DNA of 56,734 nucleotides from Octopus sinensis (GCF_006345805.1 NW_021833656.1:1-56734), one strand, 5' to 3'; shown: positions 38,834 through 51,169, numbered from the stretch's first letter. Numbers and translations: made by a program. Notes: generated by a model not told the origin, from the sequence alone.

Positions 38834-40589
38834 TATATATACATATATATGTATATTTATGTATGTATATATAATATTTAGAAATATATTTCATGTGCCT
38901 ACAGAGCTTTATATAAAAGATTAACATGCTTTTCAGAATCTTGTCACCTTTTATTTTAATATGTTGGTATGTGTTTATGAAAGTTTTGTGCACTTGGCAA
39001 AATTTTAGCATTAAATCAGGTATATAAAATCTGCTTAGTATATCATATCTTTGGTACATTTAAACGCCAAAAAAGTTAAATAAAAGAGAAAAAAGTGTGG
39101 AAAAAATCCATTTTCTATTTTGATAACACATGAAAGAACTTTTATGAAGACATGACTCGAAAAATTTATTACTTCCAGCGACAAATTTATTTAAAACAAC
39201 AAAGCAGTAAAAAATGACGTATTTTTTTTTTTCACCCTTTATCATGAAAAAGGTTTTTTTGAATTGAAAGTCAGTTTGTAATATTCTCATATATTTCTAT
39301 AGGCCTTCTAAATTTGCCATTCTCGACTCATTAATGTTCTTTATGGGAATGTTTTAAAATTTGATCTACAGTGATTTTTTTGGCATTGTTTTTTGGTAGA
39401 TATTTTTAAACATAGACAAGTGTTCTTCAACGAGGTTCACAAACGGTGACTAGAGAAGGGAAAAAACATATCGAAGCCGTTTAAAGATCAAAGATAACAC
39501 ATCCTACATGGTGTATGCTGTATTCTTGCATTTAACCATCACAAGAACTTGATTTCCTCTCCTCACAGGAGCTATATTCCACTATCAATAAATTTGACCA
39601 TTAAATTTTTAAATAACAAAACTAAAATAAAATAAAATAGTTTTATAAAATTTGTTCAAAGATCTTTATTTTAAAATATTGTTTGTGTAAAACTATATTC
39701 ATATGTCTGTGTGAATATTTGCGTTATGTCGTATTGTAAGCGTACAGTGTTCTTTGTTACCATTATGCAGATTAAAGACCTTTATCACAATCAGTAGTGA
39801 AATTAACACCTTGTGGTGTTTAGTTAGTTTCACATAGGTTTTGATTTCAAATTCTAGCGTTGAGACTGGTTGTGATTTTACACTTCTGGGGCCATTAAAT
39901 TTGGATGACATTCCATTTCACAGATTATAGATATCTTCACAGCCATGTGACCCTGAACTTCAGTTAGACCAACTCCTTCTTTTACGTTATGGATTGGGAG
40001 AATCGATAAATCATAGAACCAAACTGTTTTGCGGTGTTCGTTTCAACAGTTAGCATTCGAAGTTCAAATACACTTGACGTCAACTTTGCATTTCTTACTT
40101 CTGGGGGCGACAATTAAGTGCCAGTCAAGCCAAATAACAGAATCACTATAATTCAACCTTCTTAAACCTCAAAATTTCTGGTCCTTCGTAGACATTTGTA
40201 ATTTGTATCTCTATCAGTTAAACACTTGACACAAAACGATAGAATTTGAAGCTACTTTCTTGGACAGATTCTGTAGTTACGTCAGGTTGGTTAGCTGAGA
40301 TCAAATCTCACCTGGAGCAGCACTAATAATTCGTGAATGTATTATATATATTTCTTAAATTCGGTATCATGTGAATTTGCAATTCATAATCGGAGGATGT
40401 ACTTGCTATTTCGAGAACTTATAATAATGGACGACATGGGCCTTATGCCTAGAGTAGAAAAGAATGATGGACAACATTAAAAAAAAATGGTGTGATTAGT
40501 ATAAAATCGCTCACAGGTTCGTTGTAGTTTCTCGACCACAGGTGTGCTATTTCTTCTCTCTGTCTTTTCTGCTGCTAGTATTATGACCT

Positions 40590-40835
40590 TTTTATGTCTT
40601 TATTGTCCACAGGGGGATAAACATAGAGGGGACAAACAAGGACAGACAAAGGGATTAAGCCGATTACATCGACCATGGATTGATTAAAATCCAATATCTA
40701 CAGTTCATAACTGGTACTTATTTAATCGACCCCAAAAGGATTAAAGGCAAACTCGACCTCGGCGGAATTTGAACTTAGAACGTAACGGTAGACGAAATAC
40801 CAATTTCTTTATTGCCCACAGGGGGCCAAACACAG
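40590..40835 (-). mobile_element. 184-bp-unit SINE multimer with a short foreign insertion
   Basis: Core atcgaccccaaaagga; junction variant cgaaataccaatttcttt; insertion at ~40675-40706. Confidence 0.75.
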
Positions 40836-40914
40836 AAATGGACAAAACAACTGATTGGGATCAGTAATGCGCTACGATTTTTCATTAAATATGAATATAA
40901 AAATTATATAAAAT

Positions 40915-43737
40915 ATTTAAAAAAATCGAATGAAATTAACAATACAAAGACAACACAAATATAGCGATGATCAGGCCACGCTCCGACCCCACAAATCCCA
41001 ATCTATCGCTGGTACCATTTTTTGTTTTTCTTTTATAACTTATTCACACGGTTCCTTGCACGCACAACACTCGTGCAGCATGCTTCCATCTCTTTTTGAA
41101 CATACTCTCCGACAGACACCTCTTCTCCAGCCACAACTTCCTTTTCAAATGAAGGGTAAAAAATGATCGTAAATCGTGGCCGGAGATAAAGTTGCCTGTC
41201 TTAATCCCTTTTATCCTAGTCTTCATACTGCCTCTTTCGCTGTTGCTACAACCGTGAGAGAACAATTCTTACCTTCGTTTGTTAAAACTTCCGGTGGGTC
41301 AATTTTTACAATTGACTCAGTCGACAGCCATACTCTTCCTTCGCCGGACAACAGGTGTTCAGCATAAACACACATTTCTAATATCTCCGGACACTGGGCA
41401 ATAGCGTGAGGGACGGTTTCCTTGTCTCCCTCGCATCTTGGACAGGTCGGAGACTGACGTTTACCATGTCTTGCGAGCTTATCCCAAACGGACAAGGCAC
41501 CTTTGTAACATTGCCAGGTCAAGACTTTAGGAAGTTGTCCAACGTTCTCAACCCGAATGTATTATGGAACAGGCTATGCAGTTGAGCAAACCCGAGGCCT
41601 AGAGTCGCCTCCAGACCATCGTCACATTCAGACTCTACCAACCCACTACGTAAAATTCGTGTAGAACCCCCACCGCTGGCGTTGCCCGAGCGCCGGAATA
41701 GCAAGAAGACCTTACGGCACTCTTTATGCCATTCATTCGACCTCGGTCTACGAAAACACCAGACTTCCTGTTCGCAAAAACCTTTGAACTCGGGAAACAT
41801 TTGCCTGGCCAGCGGAGCTCACACCCGTTCACCATCCAGGAAAATCCAGAGTTGCCTCAACCTCAACGCATGCCTGCGCATCATTAGCCAAGGTATCACT
41901 AAACCTCCCTTTAACGGCTTTTGACAACAGAATGTTTCACAAGTGGCGACCTGCCCTTCCACAAAAAGCGAAAGAGCTGTCTCTCCAGCCTGATCGACCA
42001 CGAATTCGGACAGGGCACGACGGTCAGGCGGTAGGTAATGACCAATGCGATAAACACACTGATCACCTCTGCCATCCCTTTCAGGGATAGCCACCACCAA
42101 GACCAGGTTTTAACTACTGCAGCCACCCTGCTCGAAACCTCTGCCCAGTTCTTCTCTATCTGTAGGCCTTGTCCAAACCAAACTCCCAGCAATTTAACCG
42201 GTCCCTCCGTCCAGCGCCAACAACACTGTCGGAAGGCATCGAATTGCCAACCCACATGCCGAGCTGCAAGCCGACCGACTTTTCCCGGTTGATCTTTGCT
42301 CCTGCCACCGTCTCGTAAACCTCAATAGCCTTACCCTCTTCACGTAGGCGTGGCATTGTGGTTACGCTGATAGTGATATCGTCCGCGTAAGCGGTAACAA
42401 GCTCCGTTAAACCTGATTCTCTCGGAATGCCACTCAACCATCGGAGTAGGGGCTCAAAAGCCACCACATGCAAAAGTGGTGAGAGCGGACATCCTTGACG
42501 AACCGAGCGCTTGATGCAGAACGGCTTCGAAAGGAAACCGTTCACCCGAACTATCGACTCAATGTTGTGGTACAAAGCGATAAACCACTTGAGGAAGCCA
42601 AGGCCTAGGCTGAATCGTGCAAGCACTGTCGCCAAGTATCGATGGTCAATCCTATCAAAAGCTTTAGACTGGTCCAGATGTACCTTTTTGCCACCTTAGC
42701 CAAATTTATAACCAACCTTCTTTATGGTATAGCGAATAAGGAGGAGATTATCCTGAATGGTTCTGCCTGTGATGGCACATGTCTGTGCCTCCCGACAATA
42801 CCATTTGCGGCACGCGCCAACATTTTTGCTAAGACCTTGGCCAAAATCTTCACTTCTGCGTTTCACAGAGTGATGGGCCTGAAGTTATCTAAAATGTCCC
42901 TTTGTCCGGGTCCTTTCTGACTAACGTCACTACTCCCTGCGTGTCGCGAATGGTATTGTCGGGGAGGCAAAGACATGTGCCATCACAGGCAGAATCATTC
43001 AGGATAATCTCCACCTTATTCGCTATACCATAGAGAGGGTTGGTAATAAATCTGGCTAAGGTGGTGAAAAGGTACATCTGGACCAGTCTAAAGCTTTTGA
43101 TAGGGTTGACCATCGATACTTGGCGACTGTGCTTGCGCGATTCAGCCTGTTGTCTCAAGTGGTTTATCTGCCTTCTGGATCAGAAAAAAAACTTTTTCTC
43201 GGCTACCCGGTTTCTTTTTAGTAGAAACAACACCCCACCCCCACCTCCCGCCCGATTCGGAGAAACGTATTTCTCATAGCTGTTCAGGAGGGGGAGCAGA
43301 TCTCTTGGCCCCTTCACCCGGGTTTCCGTTGCAACAATCACATTTTCTTGATTTGATGTCATTTAGGAAGCGCCCTTACTTCCAGCTAGACATCAGGCCA
43401 CAACCATTTACACAACCAATGTGAATAGACATTATTTACATATTTAATCCGGGTTGTCCTGTGGAGAGGGTCTCTCCACCATTTCTTCTCATAGGGTCGG
43501 AGGTGGCAAGTCTTGAAAAATGGATTGATTAAAATCCAATCTCATCATCGACACCGACTTTGTATACGCGTCTTTTTCCAAACCAAATTCCCAGCAATTT
43601 AACCGGCCTCTCCGTCCAGCGCCAACAACACCGTCGGAAGGCATCGACTTGCCAACCCATGTGCCGAGCTACAAGCCGACCGACTTTTCCCGGTTGATCT
43701 TTGCTCCTGCCACCGTCTCGTAAACCTCAATAGCCTT
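40915..43737 (-). mobile_element. Rearranged L1/Tx1-type LINE (ORF1 end, APE N-terminus, RT, C-terminal zinc finger)
   Basis: MSIHIGCVNGCGL...NVIVATETR...GGGVLFLL (43432 down), LDQSKAFDRIDH, VRQGCPLSPLL, AYADDITI, INREKS, KLLGVWFG, CPRCEGDKETVPHAIAQC; internal duplicated and inverted pieces. Confidence 0.9.
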
Positions 43738-44494
43738 GAGTCTTTTTATCCATTTCGTTGAACTCGTAGTTCTTATATTTATCAGAAAGTTCTGCAATCC
43801 TCGTGGCTGATCTTTTCGCTTTTATTTCTCTCGTCGATTTGATGGAGGGAGTGAGCTAATGTGCGGCCCGAATATTTGATCACTATAAACCAATCATTTT
43901 TGCTGGTTGTTCAGCTAGAATTGTCTTTCTCGGCCCACGACAAAATATCATCAATGATGGCCTTTAAGACACAGACTTTCATGGTCTTATATCTCCACAC
44001 AGCTTTTCCTTTCATCATCATGTTGTGCCAAACTACTCTCGCTCGATGCAAAACATTACACCCATTCCTTTCTACACCCGAACCTCAGCCATCTAGAATA
44101 TTCTCTCTGGACATCATTACTGTACGGGCCAAATCACAACTGTTTAAATGAAAACTTAATGGTAGCGATCGACCCAATTTCTGGGTCTTGCAAAAACCTA
44201 AAGCGCTGCACCTTCCTTGATACTAAAGAAAGACCAAAAATAAAAGGAAGTAAAAAAAAAAAAACTGAAAAGAAACAAGAAACAAAAAATAAAAACAGAC
44301 TGCGAAAAATCGTTTATCGTGTATATTTACACTTGGTTCAGTAATTAGACTACGGCCATGCTGGGGCACCACCTTGAAAAATTTTTAGTCGCTTGTATCG
44401 ATCCCAGTACTTATTTCTAGTTTTTAAGCCTGTACTTATTCTGTCGATCGTTTTACCGAACCGCAAAGTTACGAGAAAGTAAACACAACACCGG

Positions 44495-45870
44495 TTGGGG
44501 ACAAACATACACCCACCATTTGGAAACCCCCTCTCTCAATACATAAAAGAGAACTGGAAACGATTCTTGGACGATTGTTTTATTCTCTGGAATGAAAACA
44601 CAGATAAACTCTTAAAATTTAAAAACCTATTGAACAGCATAAACCCAAATATACAGTTCACAATGGAATACAACCAAAAGGAACTTCCGTTCTTGGATAT
44701 ACTAATTAAAAAAATTAACCTTAAAATAGAAACAGACATTTTCTACAAAGCCACAGACGCCAAACAATACCTTCTTTTTAGTTCATGCCACCCAAGACAC
44801 ACTAAAACAAACATCCCCTTCAACCTTGCAAGAAGGATATGCACAATAGTGTCAGAACAAAACACCAGGAACTTCAGGCTGCAAGAACTCAAAAACACCT
44901 TAATTGACAGACATTACCCAACTCAACTCATAGAGGATGGGATCAGACGTGCAACAGAAATCAACATAGAAACTTTAAGAAAAGTTCAACACAACAACAC
45001 ACCTTCCCCGAAAATACTACCTTACATATCTACATACAACCCCAGAAACAAAGAAGCTTTCACCATCATCACCCAGAATTTACCAATACTTCAAAAACCC
45101 AAAATAAAGGAAATTCTAAAACATACACCAAATCATTAAAAGCTACAAACAGCCTAAATCACTTAAAAAGATTCTCACAAAGGCAAAATTGTCTTCTAAA
45201 ATTACGGATGCAAAAGTAAAAAAATGTAGTAGATCGAACTGTGCAACATGTCCTAACCTATTGGAAGGATCAGAATTCTTCTTTAAAGAGGGACAGAAAT
45301 TCAAGATCAAATCTAACTTTACTTGTGCCTCTGAAAACATAATTTATGTCATTAAATGCTCGGGCTGCCACCAAAACTACGTGGGGTCCACGGGACTATC
45401 ACTCAGACGTAGATGCACACTGTATCGACAACAGATTGCATTCCCAGAATATAGAATGATACCTTTTAGTGAACACATTGAGAAATGCGCAAAGCAACTA
45501 CAACCACAATTTTTAATCTTTCCATTTTACCAATGTGCTTTCGGATCATCATCACAAATTAGACTAAATAAGGAAACATTCTTCATTGAAAAGTACAAAC
45601 CCAGACTCAACTATCCGAACTCAATAATACAGAGAAATTCACACTAAAGGAAAAAAAAATTTTTAAGCGATTATCTCCTTACACCGGAAGAAATCACTCA
45701 CTACTTTCCCTTATTAGAACTCTCCGTAGCAAAAATACAAGGATTACGCTATTAAAAATAAACATTAAGTCACAAGAAATTGAAGAGCTAACTGCGAAAC
45801 CGGTATTTCTTTAAAAATTATAAAATTATGTCATTTTAAGAGGGAAAAAAATTTTTCCAATATTCTCCAG
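44495..45870 (+). mobile_element. 5'-truncated Penelope-like element, Neptune type (RT C-terminal half, GIY-YIG endonuclease, 3' pLTR region)
   Basis: WKRFLDDCFILW, IQFTMEYNQKELPFLD, TDIFYKATD..YL.FSSCHPRH; CSRSNCATC linker finger; NIIYVIKCSGCHQNYVGST GIY-YIG motif; one frameshift near 45130. Confidence 0.92.
45774..45811 (+). ncRNA. Minimal type I hammerhead ribozyme motif with C3U substitution
   Basis: AAGAAA-UUGAAGA-GC(UAACU)GC-GAAAC(CG)GUA-UUUCUU: 6-bp stem I, 2-bp stem II, palindromic ACCGGU stem III, GUA triplet; lies in the PLE 3' region. Confidence 0.75.
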
Positions 45871-45938
45871 ACATTTTGACGCAAATATATATATTTTTTA
45901 CATTTAAGCCTTCTGTCGTTTTTTCACTCTTTACTATT

Positions 45939-46027
<89 letters not shown>

Positions 46028-46028
46028 T

Positions 46029-46781
46029 ATATATAGAGGGCATTATACATACATGCCAGATGGCATTATACATACATGCCACACGCTAAGAGGGACAATT
46101 AGTCATTTCTACCAAAAATATTACTAATCCCACCGAATGCAATTTTTCAAAGTAAGACATTAAAAAAATATAGACCTGTATCACCGTGATTTCATACTTA
46201 CGTATTCATCAGCAGGCCTGGATGTATCATACATAAACGACCCTGCCTCGCTTAAGTCGATCAGCTAACTGATCAACATCAACGAAGCACATGGGTGAGT
46301 TTACATATATTACATCCTGTAGATGTCAGACTTTTACGAATTGCATTTCGGGAAAGGAAAAGTTTTTTCGGAATAAAATTTAGCAATTAAGGACAACTAC
46401 TTAATAAGGAAAACTTAACAAGAAATTGTCAGGTAGATAGCGTGAAAACCTCATAAGAGAAAATTTCGAAAATAATATTTCTTATTGAACATATTAATTT
46501 ATATATAGAGGGCATTATACATACATGCCAGATGGCATTATACATACATGCCACACGCTAAGATTAGTAATATTTTTGGTAGAAATGACTAATTGTCCCT
46601 CTTAGCGTTGTGCATGTATGTATAATGCCATCTGGCATGTATGTATAATGCCCTCTATATATAAATTAATATGTTCAATAAGAAATAATTATTTTCGAAA
46701 TTTTTCTCTTATGAGGTTTTCACGCTATCTACCTGACAATTTCTTGTTAAGTTTTCCTTATTAAGTAGTTGTCCTTAATTG

Positions 46782-46784
<3 letters not shown>
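46029..46784 (-). mobile_element. Non-coding 472-bp-unit element (partial tandem plus inverted segment), candidate non-autonomous PLE or retrozyme
   Basis: 46029-46090 repeats directly at 46501-46562; 46562-46784 is the reverse complement of 46029-46129 plus 46381-46500; (TA)n on both flanks; contains a hammerhead. Confidence 0.75.
46173..46218 (-). ncRNA. Type I hammerhead ribozyme motif with intact catalytic core
   Basis: GGCCUG-CUGAUGA-AUAC(GUAA)GUAU-GAA-AUCA(CGG)UGAU-A/CAGGUC: three stems pair, core unmutated, AUA triplet. Confidence 0.88.
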
Positions 46785-46841
<57 letters not shown>

Positions 46842-47639
46842 ATTCTACCAAATATATACGTTTTATTTATTATTTTGCACATTACTTAATCATCGGTATA
46901 TATTGTTATTTTATTTAATTTTTCTATTATATGTCATTTTTTAGATGGTGTAATTTAATAGTTCATTTTGAATTGATAAAATGTGTTTTTCTAATTTTTA
47001 TATATATATTATATTTTTTGAAATTTGATTTAGTATTTCTCAATTGAATTTTTCCCTGTAAGTTAGGAATAATATTCCCTCAAATTATTATTATATATAT
47101 ACATATATATATATATATACGACGGGCTTCAGTCCGTTTCTGTTTACCAAATCCACTCACAAGACTTTAGTTGGACAGATTCTATAGCAGAATAAATCCC
47201 ATGTGCCACGCAAAATTCTTACCACACAGCCACGCCAGAGACCATAGCGAGAAACTTATAATTGAAAATATGCAACTCGCAGGAAGACCGTTAAGCAATT
47301 TTGCAGAACAAAATAATAGGACGATATTCCTTATTGTTGGCACAAACGGGCTTATCGCGTTACAGATATGTGACTTATACTCACATTTTATTAGAATAAA
47401 ACAACAACAACCTGAACAAAAATTTGCTTCGTAATTCAAGGATCGAATGAATGTAATTTAAGAACACTGTCATGTAAATAGTTTCGTAATTAACACAAGC
47501 TCCACATTGTTCTATATTTCACACTGATTTCGCAATTATAGCGATGCTGGCAACCATGTAATTACTCTTAATTTGTCGTAAAAGGAAATTTATATTGAAA
47601 TCTGACATTTTATAGCCATTAAAACTAGCTGACATATTA

Positions 47640-47687
47640 TATATACATACATACATACATACATACATACATACATACATACATACA

Positions 47688-47741
<54 letters not shown>

Positions 47742-47749
47742 CGCACATA

Positions 47750-47791
<42 letters not shown>

Positions 47792-48205
47792 TATGTGTAT
47801 ATATATATATGTGTGTGTATATATATATATATATACACACATATATATGTGTATATATATGTATATATATATATATTAAGATATATATATACATATTATA
47901 TGTGTGCGCGTGAGTATGCGGGTGCGAGTATGCATGCGTGTGTATAATTTAAATTTTATAAATTTTGTGTACATATGTATACACACACATATAAATTTAC
48001 ATACATGCATACTGATATATTATATATATACACACACTTACATATATACGAACATACATATACCGAAATGAATAGGTTTAACATATATATTTAATGTGTG
48101 TCTTTCCATATGTACGTATACATATTCACACACACACATATATATACATATATATATAGCTGTAAAAAATCTATATATTTATGGATGTTTATATATATAT
48201 ATGTA

Positions 48206-48236
<31 letters not shown>

Positions 48237-48500
48237 GTTTGTGCGTCTGCGTGTGTGTGTGTGCATACGTGCGTCTGTGTGTTTAATAATGTAGGCGCAC
48301 ATATATACGAAGTTCTAAATACATATGAAGAGATTTTTGTATATTCCCAATCCTCCGACACAAACCGATAGATACTCATATACACGCATTTTAAATGCGT
48401 GTATATACGTAGGCCTTTATGTGTATATGACATGTCGCTTGACATTATACGTACATAAGGTTTCAAATAGTGTGCGGATGTATGTGTTTAAGTCTGTTTA

Positions 48501-48551
<51 letters not shown>

Positions 48552-48813
48552 ACCTATATATCTCTCTGCCTGTCTCTACGCACATATATGCGTGTTTATA
48601 ACTAATCACACATTTGTGTATACATACATACATACACACACACACATATACATGCATATATATAATATATATGCATACACACATATGCATATACATATAT
48701 ACATATATGTATATATAAATATATATATATATACATAAATACACATATACATAATATATATATATATGTATATATACGCAAATGAACGCATACATACACA
48801 TATGTGCATATAC

Positions 48814-48867
<54 letters not shown>

Positions 48868-48880
48868 ACATAAATACCAT

Positions 48881-48920
<40 letters not shown>
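47640..48920. repeat. (TACA)n, (TA)n, (TG)n, (CT)n microsatellite domain
   Basis: Directly visible. Confidence 0.9.
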
Positions 48921-48925
<5 letters not shown>

Positions 48926-49236
48926 CATACAGTGCATTCCTGTCTAATAAAGAGGAAGCAGTTAATTAAAAAAAGCTGAGACGTTTTAAAGCCAATAATC
49001 ACAAGATTTAGGCTGAATGTATGTAATGAGCTATTTCTCGAATTTGCATTAGCTTTGCGAGTCTTTATATCTCTTCAATGCAGAAATCGTCTTAAATCTT
49101 AAAGGAAAATTGCATTATATTTTTATCAGTAGCGTTCAGTGCCAAATGGCGTTAGTTGTAGTTAAATTCGTATCGAGTAATAATAATCAGACGCATCAAG
49201 TGTGAAAGAGAAAAACAAAACATTTGGTTTATTGTA

Positions 49237-49960
49237 TTGGGTTCTCAGATAAATTCTTTTGGCTTTTTATTTCCATTTAGTTTAATCCTTATTTTTCATC
49301 AAAAATTTCAACAAGCTGGTCAATAAATTATTCTCCTTCTATGTTCGTAACTTCTTGCCAGTGTTCTACTAACTTATCAATGCTATGACGGTGGAAATCA
49401 GCGGTTGTTGACTCGTAATTTTCATTGAACCTCGTTTTTAGTTCCATGTTGTTGGACGAAATGCCTCTCAGTCTGTTGGAGACCCAACGATAAAAGCGAT
49501 TATTTGAATCCGCTATGCAGGGAAGCACTACAAATTTCCAATAGAGATCTTGAATAACATCTTTGGTCAAATGAGCGACCTAAGGATGAATGAAGTAGCG
49601 TTGAACAACGCCGTGTCGCAGGTCGCTTCGCTTCAGCCGGATTGTCCAAAGAGTGACGGTGACGAGCGAGAATATCATGCGAGCATCTCATTGCTGGGGC
49701 AAGCCCCTAGACGATTGCCGCGAATGTCCGCAGATGAACACGTCCAATCGATTCTCATTGAAGTAAACAGGCCGGCTTGAATGCAGAGAATTTGTGAGGG
49801 CGAATTTCCCCAGCTTGAAATCTGAAAATTATTTCTATGCAGTTCTTTCAGTAATAGCAACTTCTCTGTACACAGCACCAATGTTTCGAGTAGCTTCGAC
49901 ATTTAAAGCCTTAATTAAAAGTGAAGAGAAGCATTATGTCTGAAAAGGTAAATTTATTCA
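49237..49960 (-). mobile_element. Decayed, internally deleted mariner transposon
   Basis: FRHIML...ATRNI...HSGRP N-terminus; MTKDVIQDLYW...FHRHSIDKLVEHWQEVTNIEGE C-terminus; TA-ttgggtt terminus at 49235-49243. Confidence 0.75.
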
Positions 49961-50439
49961 AATCTAAAAAAATAGTAAACAAAAGTACTGTCCAAATCTC
50001 CGACCAATCACATACAGCTAGCTGGCATTCAATTGGCGTATCAAGTTTTGGGCATTTTGATTGGGTTTTGGATAAAAAATTCACAAAAATGTCACTTCTA
50101 TTGATGTTTTAATGGCTTTGTGGGGGTGACTGGAGAAATGTAAAGTGCGAGCCCTCTAACTGAAAAATTGTGGATTTGTAGAAAGGACACACACACAAAG
50201 GCAGACATCTTGCCGTTTATATATATAGAGATACTCAGCACCGCCAAAACAATACGATACAAATATGTTTTGTGGCAATTGAAATAACATTTATCTGACA
50301 AGCTGCTTCTGATACCTAAGCACGAAAACCAAGGAAAATAAAGAAGTTCAGAAGGAAATATTTTTCTCGTCATTTTAGAGTTCAACCAATTTCAGTTTGT
50401 GCAGAAAAGATTGTTTCCTTTTCGCTATATCTGTTCCAT

Positions 50440-50850
50440 CTTCCTATTTCTTTACTACCCACAAGGGGCTAAACATAGAGGGGGCAAACAAGGACAGACA
50501 AACGGATTAAGTCGATTACATCGGCCCCAGTGCGCAACTGGTTCTCAATTCATCGACTCCGAAAGGATGAAAGTCAGAGTTGACCTCGGCGGAATTTGAA
50601 CTCAGAACCTAACGGCAGACGAAATACCTATTTTTTTTTACTACCCACAAGGGGCTAAACACAGAGAGGACAAACAAGAACAGACAAACGGATTAAGTCG
50701 ATTATATTGACTCCAGTGCGTGACAGGTACTTATTTAATAGACCCCGAAAGGATGAAAGGCAAAGTCAACATCGGTGGAATTTGAACTCAGAACGTAGCG
50801 GCAGACGAAATACCGCTAAGCATTTCGCCCGGCATGCTAACGTTTCTACC
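50440..50850 (-). mobile_element. Multimeric 184-bp-unit SINE
   Basis: Two full units plus head ccgctaagcatttcgcccggcatgctaacg; junction variant at 50620-50640. Confidence 0.85.
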
Positions 50851-51169
50851 ATCTTCCGCCACACTTCAACTATTTGTAGTGAAATTGTCTGCGAGTATTT
50901 CCTGCGTAAAGAGATGATGAAAATTCGGCACTCAGTTTACATCTAATGCATGAATATGTAAAGTGCAACAATTTTTATTATACGTATATTACAAATCTGA
51001 AAGACAAAGTTTTAATTTTCACATTCTTCTAAAATTCTGTGACAAATAATCACTTATATCAATAGTTGTTCATAATGAGACGAAATTTAAAGTGACGATG
51101 ATGAACTTGACGTAGTGTCATGATATAAAGCTGTTTGAAATTTGGTTTCAAATTTTGACATATGAGGGG

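Noticed and set aside
43418-43445. TAATG stop-start coupling between Tx1 ORF1 and ORF2
   Set aside because: The ORF1 frame already terminates four codons earlier, so the overlap is not supported.
43740-44230. CR1/L2 RT-like traces (IDDILSWAEKDN) on the minus strand
   Set aside because: Only one short motif is persuasive; left unassigned.
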